A stretch of DNA of 64,000 nt from Thermodesulfovibrionales bacterium. GTDB lineage: Bacteria; Nitrospirota; Thermodesulfovibrionia; Thermodesulfovibrionales; SM23-35. A model generated the notes under the pieces. That model had not been told where the DNA came from, made no database searches, and worked only from the letters and a program-made list of their open reading frames with translations. This document shows positions 52,589 through 60,825 of this stretch, one piece after another. Position numbers and translations under genes: made by a program. The stretch lies in NCBI GenBank assembly GCA_963715195.1, contig CAVQRT010000014.1, forward strand, positions 30,333-94,332, written 5' to 3'. Every line of letters starts with the position of its first letter. Within the stretch, counting starts at the first letter, position 1.

Positions 52589-53520
52589 TGCAATTGGCAG
52601 GTATCGCAGATTCCTGAAGCGAAGGAACTGTTCGGTTCACACTGTAAAAAACTATATCAACATCCTCGGTCACTTCAGCAGCTGGCTGCAGATTCCTATA
52701 GAGGAGGCGACCATCAAGGAAACCGATGCGTATATGGACCATCTCTTGAGGAATAGAAAGAAACCAAAGACCATCAACTGTCATTTCAGCTGCATCCATG
52801 CCTTTTACGAATATCTGATAGAAGATGAGAGAATGCCTCTTATCAATCCGGTAAGAAAACATTACAGGCTGCGACTACCCAACCCACTGCCCAAACATCT
52901 CAGGGACGAACAGGTCTCAACACTCTTCAAAGAAATTAACGATACCAGAGATAGGGCTATGTTCATGCTGATGCTCAGATGCGGCCTGCGCGTTGAAGAG
53001 GTTGCACGACTGACAGTAGATGCGATAGATTATCGCAGCAGACAGCTTTATGTCTTCAATGGAAAAGGCAGCAAGGACAGGGTTGTCTATCTCAGCGAGG
53101 ATGCACTGAGTGTCTTGCAGTCGTATATGCAGAAACGCGAGATGGGCTAAAGAGAAAAGAGTGTTCTTAGTGCAGAAGGGACCGCTGAAAGGGAAGCCGA
53201 TATCAGTGCGCGGCATTCAAAAGAGAATTGAATACTATTCACAGAAGACCGGGATACAGGTATCCTGTCATCACTTGAGACACACCATGGCAACACAGTT
53301 GTTAAATGCAGATGCTGCTCTTGTCACCATTCAGGATCTGCTGGGTCACAGCAAGATTACCACAACGCAGTGCTACTGTAAGGTTTCCAATCTGAAAGTA
53401 CAGAGGGATTACTATAAAGCCATAAAGGTTGTATTGCAGAGGACACAGCCAATAAGAAATAACGATTCATCAACGAAGGTGTCTTCCGCAGCTCCGGACA
53501 ATAATAGATGGACAAACTGA
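52575..53520 (+). pseudogene. tyrosine recombinase B (one frameshift near 53140)
   Basis: RDRAMFMLMLRCGLRVEE, GKGSKDR, HHLRHTMAT, LLGHSKITTTQCY; start overlaps the gene A stop. Confidence 0.9.
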
Positions 53521-53756
53521 TAAAGGAAGGCCAATAGGATTACAAAAATAGACGTGATGAGTATAGTTGTAACTAACTAATATTAAAAGAAAAAGTAGGC
53601 TTTGTTACGTATAGGATGAAGGATGTTTGCCTCCCATAAGCCCGGGAAAGCTGTTTGCATAATTTACCCCGAAAGGAACACGCTATTTTTCTTTAAGTCA
53701 CATAGAAAATAAATACTCCTTGAATTTGGAACAGATATTACTTTCTGAATAATTAT

Positions 53757-55573
53757 TTATAATTCAACTCGCATCATGACTCCATGCAGTTTATGCACAG
53801 GCAGGTTATAGAATTGAACAAATGCGGAGACAATTTTTTGATAATGCTGAATACTTTCCAAACAATATTTTTAGTCATGATATCTTCGAGTCCATAAAAG
53901 ATTGTTTGCTCCTCAATTCCCGCTTCTTTCAGTATTTCCTCAATGTCAGGGATCTCCATATATCCTGTCTGTATTTCAAAAACCCTTAATCCTGGACCCA
54001 GTTCCTCCTTAAAAAAGCCTATAATCCCAAAAGGATCACTCCTTTTTATAATGGAAACAATAATATTGTTCTCATAAATGATCCTGTTTATAAGAATGCT
54101 TCTAACCATATAAGGAGGAATTTCTTGAGGATCTTTCAAAAAGAAAAGCGCTGTTCCCTTTAATTTGTCCATATTCTTATATGCCAGATTATATCTCTCG
54201 ATAAATTCATTTAAAGGAACAATATCCATGGTTTTATAAAGCTTTCTCTGCCCTTTTGTATAAATCAGAATGATACAGAGAGGGAGGATGCCGATAAGAA
54301 TTGACCAGTAACCACCATGCGGAATCTTATAGATGTTTGACAGGAGAAAAATCATATCAACAATACTGACAAATAAAGCGATAAGGGCTTTCCCCATACT
54401 TCTTTTTTTGTAAAATATCCATGTCATGAATATTCCTGTTAAAGACATGGTCCCCGTAACTGCCAATCCGTAGGCAGCAGCAAGCCGATGTGATTCCCTG
54501 AATTCAAGCATAATGAATAACACGGAGAGAAGGAGAAACCAGTTGACTAATCCGATATATATCTGAGACTGCAATTCTTTTGATGTGTAATCGATCTTAA
54601 ATAAGGGGATAATGTGAGTAGTTATGCCCTGATAGACAATCAGAGAACATTCCACTTATCATGGCTTGTGATGCAATAATCGTTGCGATAATGCTTAGAA
54701 TCAAAAAGGGAACGTACAGTGTAGGGGCCTGATGAAATATCATTTCAAACAGTACAAACTTTGCATCGGGATGATTCGCGATATATGCTCCCTGTCCGAG
54801 ATAGTTCAATAAAAGCGCAATAAAGACAAAATACCATGCTCTTAGAATCGGTGCCCTTCCTAAATGTCCCATATCAGCATATAACGCTTCCCCTCCTGTT
54901 GCACAGAGAATGACTTCTGAGAGCACAAAAAAGGCAATAATCCCATTCTCCCATGAGGAATTTTATTGCATAGTACGGGTTGATAGCTTTTATCACAACT
55001 GGGGGTGCCTGATATTGACGCTATCCCTGACACAGCTAAAGCGATGAACCACAACAACATCAACGGTCCAAATGATCGTGCTACCTTGTCAGTCCCCTTT
55101 TTCTGAAAAGAAAACAATACGATAGCAATAATTCCAGCCAAAGCTATCAGTATCGTTTGACTTGTGTGCTCAAAGCCAGGTATTAATTGGATGCCTTCAA
55201 CAGCACTCAGTATGCTGATAGCAGGGGTAATGACACCGTCACCGATTAACAAGGATATCCCGATATAGGTGAGAAATGTCACAAATGTCACTTGTCTTCC
55301 GGATTTCAGGAGAGGAACCAGCAATTCTTTTAATACGATAGTCCCGCCTTCTCCACGTTGACCGAGGCTCATCGCAAGCCAGGCATATTCAATCGTCACA
55401 AGAATTACGAGAGTCCATACAATAAGGGAAAGGACACCAACCACGTGATCCAGTGTCGGTTTTGTAAGAAGGAAAATAACGGTTAGGGTATAGATAGGAC
55501 TTGTGCCGATGTCTCCGAAGACTAATCCCAGGGATTTTATAATCCCCTTTACAGGTGATTCGGTGTTATGCAT
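53757..55573 (-). pseudogene. kup: KUP/HAK/KT potassium transporter (at least 4 single-base indels, possibly sequencing errors)
   Basis: GLVFGDIGTSPIY, GEGG, GDGVITPAISILSAVEG, GGEALYADMGHLG, QIYI, AAAYGLAVTG; shifts near 55003, 54951, 54640 and 53828. Confidence 0.93.
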
Positions 55574-55600
55574 AACTCCTCCTCAAAGGGCAAAGGAGGA

Positions 55601-55633
55601 AAAATAAAAAACCGCTGGCAAGGCAGCGGTTTA
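55601..55633 (-). terminator. intrinsic terminator in the kup leader (riboswitch expression platform)
   Basis: Minus strand aaaccgctg-ccttgc-cagcggttt followed by a U-rich tract. Confidence 0.85.
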
Positions 55634-55646
55634 ATTATCTGTCCAT

Positions 55647-55776
55647 TGCCCTTCCAAATGCCTACGAGGTTAGCTGACGGGCTCGGGCTTGGAAGTGCCC
55701 TATTCCCCGGGAATCCCGGGAAATACGCCCCATATTTTGGGTCCCCCGTATCCATCTATTGATGGATTTCGGCTGC
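55647..55776 (-). promoter_or_regulatory. c-di-AMP (ydaO/yuaA) riboswitch
   Basis: Minus strand GCCGAAATCC..GGATACGGGGACCC..TGGGGCGTAT..TAGGG..CCCGAGCCCGTCAGCTAACCTCGTAGGC; cttccaa/ttggaag pairing; upstream of a K+ transporter. Confidence 0.92.
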
Positions 55777-56192
55777 TATTTGAACGTAAATTAACTCCAC
55801 GGCAGGGAAATGTCAATATGAATTTTACAAACTATTCCCAGGGAAGAGTAAATCAGAATGTTGACCTCGATATCGATATTGTTTTTGAAAACCAACAGTA
55901 TCCCATGTGCAGTTAATAACCTGAAAATTATCAGATCCATCAGTCCATGTTAGTCGTGTTTAAAAGTATTATTTCTGTTGATTTTCATTGAACAATCTCA
56001 CCCGGTGAAAAGAATCTAAGGTGCGAAGTAGATTGCAACAATTCCGGTTATGTCCCTAAATAACTCCATAAAACAGAAAACTGAACAAAATTTATAAGAT
56101 TGGGTTCATTGGTTCTTCATAATCTCTTCGCTGCTTATTCATAATTAGGCTTTATCCTTTTCTCTATATGTTTTTAAAAAGGGAGATTTAAC

Positions 56193-56498
56193 ATGATAGA
56201 AAATGAGAACAGGAAGAACATCTCAAGGCATATTTTACCGACATCCGCAAATCTGTTAGGGTTATGCTTTGTAATACTCACTTTTACCAAACTCTCAAAG
56301 ATAGCACACGAAACTATCATCGATGAGACCATGGGTGGAGTGATCATGCTGTTTCTCATATCGAGTGTTTTTTCGTATATTTCTATGAGGTCGAAAAAAA
56401 AGTCGGAAGCTTACGAAAAATTTGCAGACCTTCTTTTTTTATTTGGACTATTCATATTAACTTTGGTCTCCCTGGTGATTATTTTCGAAGTAATATGA
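56193..56498 (+). CDS. small membrane protein of unknown function
   Basis: GGGAG RBS; three hydrophobic segments; HILPTSANLLGLCF. Confidence 0.75.
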   Translation: MIENENRKNISRHILPTSANLLGLCFVILTFTKLSKIAHETIIDETMGGVIMLFLISSVFSYISMRSKKKSEAYEKFADLLFLFGLFILTLVSLVIIFEVI

Positions 56499-56645
56499 TA
56501 AGGGTAATATACAAACAGACAACAAGTCCTAACCTGTCGTAAGATATAGATAAATAATAAAAATACGAACTTGCTCTATCAGTGCATTGATAATGCCTTA
56601 CACATTGATATAGCATAAAAGACAACGGAAGAGCATAGATTAACC

Positions 56646-56921
56646 ATGTATATCAATAAACTATTTATTGATAGCACTCTTGAGAGGAATCATATTTCTC
56701 TGTTATTGGTGCTGTCATTATTAATACTGATAAGCTTTGGATCCTTCTGCTATGATAATGATCCTTTTGATAATGATGATCTTCCCGATTTTACATGCCA
56801 GTATCCAAGCATATCTTCAAAGCACATTGATCAAGTATCTCTCATAAATGTACTGAACGAACCAACTGCATTTTCTTTAGTATTCAGAAATGCTCGTCTT
56901 TCAAGATCTCCACCTGTATAA
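56646..56921 (+). CDS. putative leader/arrest peptide (hydrophobic segment, acidic patch, C-terminal RSPP)
   Basis: LLLVLSLLILISFGSFC, DNDPFDNDDLPD, ends LSRSPPV*; 67 nt upstream of tatA; start codon uncertain. Confidence 0.6.
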   Translation: MYINKLFIDSTLERNHISLLLVLSLLILISFGSFCYDNDPFDNDDLPDFTCQYPSISSKHIDQVSLINVLNEPTAFSLVFRNARLSRSPPV

Positions 56922-56988
56922 ATTCATTTTCCCTTTTGGTCCCATTAGCCGTCTTCTGTAAATCACAACAAAACCATAGGAGGAAAGT

Positions 56989-57180
56989 ATGTTTGGGTTA
57001 GGAACTCAAGAACTCATGCTTATTTTGTTAATTGTCATTGTTCTTTTTGGGGCTACAAAACTGCCACAGATTGGCAGCGGGATAGGACAGGCTATCAGAA
57101 ATTTCAAGAAAAGTGTTTCAGAAGGCGATGCGGATGAGGAGGCACCCAAAAAGAAAGTTGCTGTCAAGGAGAGCGAATAA
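56989..57180 (+). CDS. tatA: twin-arginine translocase TatA/TatE subunit
   Basis: MFGLGTQEL..LFGATKLPQIGSGIGQAIRNFKK; AGGAGG RBS. Confidence 0.95.
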   Translation: MFGLGTQELMLILLIVIVLFGATKLPQIGSGIGQAIRNFKKSVSEGDADEEAPKKKVAVKESE

Positions 57181-57183
57181 AAT

Positions 57184-58188
57184 GTGATAAACAGAAGTAA
57201 GAACTCTTCACAATCATTCAAGGATCTTTGCGCTGTTATTGCGATCGGTCTCTTTGTATTTTCCTTAGGGTATTTTTTTGATATTTTCGAATGGCTTGTA
57301 GTGTGGACGAGAGGATATGATGCAAAGGCGCTCGATGAATATGTGGCACTGCTGATACTCTTATTGTTTGGTGTCAGTGTTTTTTCATTCCGTAGGTGGC
57401 GTGAACTGAAACTCGAAGTTATTCAGCGTGAAGAAGCTGAGGACGCGGTCCGAAAGCTCAACAAGACATTAGAAGGGCATGTTGTTAAACTCACGGAAGC
57501 CAATCAGGAATTGGATACCTTCAATAATACCGTGTCCCATGATCTCCAAACCCCGCTGATGATCATCGGTGGCTTTACAAACAGACTTCTGAAGGTCTAC
57601 GGCCATCAGTTGGAGCCGAATGCAAAAGAGATGCTTGATATCATTCAGATACATGCACAGAAAATGGAAAAGTTTATTAGAGACCTGCTTGCATTTTCCC
57701 GTTCTGGACGCCAGCAGATGAGAAAAACCAAAATCGATATGAACGAACTCATAGGGAATGTGTTAGATGAAATCAAACCGTTAACAGATGGGAGAGAGAT
57801 GTATTTCGACATACATGAACTGCTTCCTGCATATGGTGATAAGACTTTCATGAAGCAGGTGATGGCAAATCTTTTCACCAACGCCCTTAAATTTACGAGA
57901 CAACAAACACCTGCAAGAATTACTGTTGACTGTATACAAAAGGATAAAGAAAATATCTATTTTGTTCAGGATAATGGTTTGGGCTTTCATCAGCAGGAGA
58001 GTGCTAAATTGTTTGCTATCTTTGAACGATTGCATGAACACGAGAACATTGAAGGAACAGGCATTGGGCTTTCGATTGTCCAACGAATTATCAGCAGGCA
58101 TGGCGGAAGAGTATGGGCAGAGGGAAAAGTGAATGAGGGGGCAACTTTCTATTTTTCGCTTCCTCATCAAGACAAGATAGAGAATTAG
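57184..58188 (+). CDS. membrane sensor histidine kinase
   Basis: Two TM segments, SHDLQTPL H-box, NLFTNALKF, DNGLG, GTGIGL. Confidence 0.93.
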   Translation: MINRSKNSSQSFKDLCAVIAIGLFVFSLGYFFDIFEWLVVWTRGYDAKALDEYVALLILLLFGVSVFSFRRWRELKLEVIQREEAEDAVRKLNKTLEGHVVKLTEANQELDTFNNTVSHDLQTPLMIIGGFTNRLLKVYGHQLEPNAKEMLDIIQIHAQKMEKFIRDLLAFSRSGRQQMRKTKIDMNELIGNVLDEIKPLTDGREMYFDIHELLPAYGDKTFMKQVMANLFTNALKFTRQQTPARITVDCIQKDKENIYFVQDNGLGFHQQESAKLFAIFERLHEHENIEGTGIGLSIVQRIISRHGGRVWAEGKVNEGATFYFSLPHQDKIEN

Positions 58189-58287
58189 TTTTTTACTATG
58201 AAGATTAAAAGCATTGACCTTTTTTTAAGAATGATAGGGATACGACCGGTTCTTGGTGTGGAGAGGAAGATCCTGCGATACTAACGA

Positions 58288-59643
58288 TCACATTTGCTTA
58301 ATTTTTCTTTGCAAAGTTCTGAGACCTATATGAAGCAATTTTGCTGCTTGTGTTTTATTTTCATTCGTCCTTTTTAGTGTCTGTTCAATAACCCTTTTTT
58401 CTATATCGGCAAGGGTAAGATCTTTTGGTATCTGGTAAAAATCGATATGCTCAAGCGGATTAATCAGGAGAAATGAGGGGAGATACTTTGCCTCAATGAT
58501 ATCTCCCTCAGCTAATGCCATGGCAGATTCGAGGGCGTTCTCCAGTTCACGGACGTTACCAGGCCAGTGATAGTTCAAGAGTATCTGCATTGCATCTTTC
58601 CCGATACCTCTGATTTGATATCCCTTTTCGTTATTTAATTTATTAATGAAATAGCTCACGAGAAGCGGTATATCCTCGGATCGATCCCTGAGAGAGGGCA
58701 TTTCGATATTCACCACGTTGAAACGATAATAAAGATCTTTTCTGAAAACCCCCTCTTCAATAAGTTTCTTCAGATCCTTATTGGTTGCTGCAATAACACG
58801 CACATCTACTTTTTTGGTTTCGTTTCCCCCTACTCTCTCAAATTCTTTTTCCTGCAAAACCCTGAGTAGTTTTATCTGGATATTGGGTGGAATATCCCCT
58901 ATTTCATCAAGAAAGATAGACCCGCCGTCGGCAAGTTCAAATCGCCCAACCCGCGTTGCAATCGCACCGGTAAACGCACCCCTTTCGTGTCCGAAGAGCT
59001 CAGAGTCTAGCACACCCTCACTTAAGGCAGCGCAGTTCACTTTTATAAATGCCTTTGAGGACCTCAGGCTATTGTAATGTATCGCACTCGCAATGAGCTC
59101 CTTCCCCGTCCCTGTTTCTCCCGTAATCAGTATGTTCACATTCTTTTGTGCTATAGAACTGACAATATCAACAACATGCTTGATCGCCTTGCTCCTTCCG
59201 ATAATATTCCTGAAGTCGAACTGTTCCTTCACCTGCTGTTCCAGTGCCGATTTTTCCAAGAAAAGCGTCTGTTTCTCTACCGCCTTATCGATAACAGTTT
59301 TGAGGAGCCTCTTATCCACAGGGAACTGATAGAAGTCGTAAGCCCCCTCTTTCATGGCCTCAATCGCTTTCGAGAGATTGACGTTCTCTGAGAGGAATAT
59401 TACTTCTATGTAAGGTTTCAGGTATTTAACTTTTCTGAGGAACTTGAGACTGTCCCTCGGAATGTCATAATCACAGATCACGATATGGATTGGCTCATTC
59501 TTTATGATGGAGACTGCTTCACTGATTGATGTGGTCACATAAGGGACAGTATCCTTATGTTTTTTCAGTGCTGCGATCAGACTCTCCCAGTCTTTATGTT
59601 GGGGTCCCTGAATAACGAGGATATAATTTGTCTTTTCTCTCAT
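58288..59643 (-). CDS. sigma54-dependent response regulator (NtrC/AtoC family)
   Basis: Receiver domain, GETGTGKE, GAFTGA, WPGNVREL, C-terminal Fis-type HTH. Confidence 0.96.
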   Translation of the reverse strand: MREKTNYILVIQGPQHKDWESLIAALKKHKDTVPYVTTSISEAVSIIKNEPIHIVICDYDIPRDSLKFLRKVKYLKPYIEVIFLSENVNLSKAIEAMKEGAYDFYQFPVDKRLLKTVIDKAVEKQTLFLEKSALEQQVKEQFDFRNIIGRSKAIKHVVDIVSSIAQKNVNILITGETGTGKELIASAIHYNSLRSSKAFIKVNCAALSEGVLDSELFGHERGAFTGAIATRVGRFELADGGSIFLDEIGDIPPNIQIKLLRVLQEKEFERVGGNETKKVDVRVIAATNKDLKKLIEEGVFRKDLYYRFNVVNIEMPSLRDRSEDIPLLVSYFINKLNNEKGYQIRGIGKDAMQILLNYHWPGNVRELENALESAMALAEGDIIEAKYLPSFLLINPLEHIDFYQIPKDLTLADIEKRVIEQTLKRTNENKTQAAKLLHIGLRTLQRKIKQM

Positions 59644-59696
59644 TTACGCTATTTTGACGTCCCTGAACTCATTACTAGGTCGTACTTTAGCATAAG

Positions 59697-59755
59697 CATG
59701 TCATAATGGCACAAAAATAAACTATTAATCAATTCTGATACGCCATTATGACATG
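59697..59755. promoter_or_regulatory. inverted repeat, candidate enhancer-binding sites
   Basis: CATGTCATAATGGC (59697-59710) and GCCATTATGACATG (59742-59755) form a perfect 14-bp IR between the regulator and the sigma54 promoter. Confidence 0.65.
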
Positions 59756-59849
59756 TTTATGCCGAAATGGACTACCATCTCTAAATAAAAAAAAGAATGG
59801 AGTGCCCAACCCTTTTGAATTATAAAGATTATTTTGCCTTATACCCCTT

Positions 59850-59864
59850 TGGCACGATTGTTGT
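59850..59864 (+). promoter_or_regulatory. sigma54 -24/-12 promoter
   Basis: TGGCACG-ATTG-TTGT versus consensus TGGCACG-N4-TTGC; divergent from the NtrC-family gene. Confidence 0.7.
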
Positions 59865-59917
59865 AATTAAGATATCGTTCCTAGAAAGGGACTATCTTAC
59901 TAAAGGGGAGGTCATGC

Positions 59918-59968
59918 ATGGATAAGAAGAAAGCTCCGGAAAAACCAAAGGGAAAGAAGGGAAAGTAG
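59918..59968 (+). CDS. putative 16-aa Lys-rich micropeptide MDKKKAPEKPKGKKGK
   Basis: GGAGGT RBS 5 nt before the ATG; first ORF after the sigma54 promoter. Confidence 0.4.
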   Translation: MDKKKAPEKPKGKKGK

Positions 59969-60086
59969 GATTTTGCTGTTCAGTTTGTTGAGATGTAATC
60001 CGTAGTTATTATTCACAGTATGTCTGTGACATGCACAACCTATTGAGAAGTAAAGAAAGCATTGCATTGAAAGGAGGTGATTCTGA

Positions 60087-60491
60087 ATGAAGAAAGCAAT
60101 AGTAATTATCGTTTCAGTGCTTTTTGTATTTTCCATTACCGCGCTGACCTTTGCAGCAGAGAAGAGTGCAACTCCGGCTCCTATGGAGAAAAAGGCTGAG
60201 CCTGTCAAGATGGGGAAAGAGGCTCCTGTAAAGGTACATCATGTTGCCGGTGAAGTTGTTGCAGCCGATATGAAAGCAAAGACCATTACCGTAAAAGGTA
60301 ATAAGGGTGATGTTGTCATCGCTGTTGATGACAAGGTCCTCGCAAAGGTCAAGGCTGGTGATAAGGTTGAAGCAAAATACACCGAAGCTGATGGCAAAAA
60401 TACAGCCAAATCAGTAAAGAAGGCCACTGCAAAGATGGCTGAGAAGGAAAAGAAAGAGAAAGCAGCACCTGCTCCTATGGAGTCAAAGTAG
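60087..60491 (+). CDS. exported Lys/Ala-rich small OB-fold-like protein
   Basis: AGGAGGTG RBS, signal peptide; similar to 15917-16279. Confidence 0.8.
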   Translation: MKKAIVIIVSVLFVFSITALTFAAEKSATPAPMEKKAEPVKMGKEAPVKVHHVAGEVVAADMKAKTITVKGNKGDVVIAVDDKVLAKVKAGDKVEAKYTEADGKNTAKSVKKATAKMAEKEKKEKAAPAPMESK

Positions 60492-60506
60492 TCTTTCTAT
60501 ATATGG

Positions 60507-60545
60507 AAAAAGGGCGCTAAGCATTTTGTTTAGTGCCCTTTTTTT
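60507..60545 (+). terminator. intrinsic terminator
   Basis: aaaaagggcgctaa...ttagtgcccttttttt. Confidence 0.85.
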
Positions 60546-60825
60546 AGGTTTGATTTCACCTGTAATTCCTGATCTGACAGGGAGCGAGTAATTTGTAGAT
60601 GTTCAACTTTTTTTATGGCAAGAAATAATCTTTACCTAATGACCCACATTCAAAATGCGGACTTGATGAATGTCTTCACATTGAAGTCAACAGCACTTAT
60701 GAAGCAGAATTTTATCGATTACTTCTTATAAACTGATAATTATGATATTCTTAAAACTACATTATTTATCTGGTAATCTATAAATTTTCTTCTCATGAAG
60801 ATAGAAAGATAATGAACTTTTTCTC

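Larger units (their letters stand above)
51473..53614 (+). mobile_element. dual tyrosine-recombinase element with 14-bp terminal IRs and 7-bp flanking direct repeats
   Basis: CTATACGTAACAAA (51473-51486) / TTTGTTACGTATAG (53601-53614); GATGAAG at 51466-51472 and 53615-53621. Confidence 0.85.

Noticed and set aside
48393..53614. Recombinases as chromosomal xerC/xerD or integron intI
   Set aside because: They are duplicated and IR-bounded, no dif consensus was seen, and there is no evident IntI-specific insertion.
55549..55916. Short ORFs upstream of kup
   Set aside because: They overlap the riboswitch and are explained by its RNA structure.
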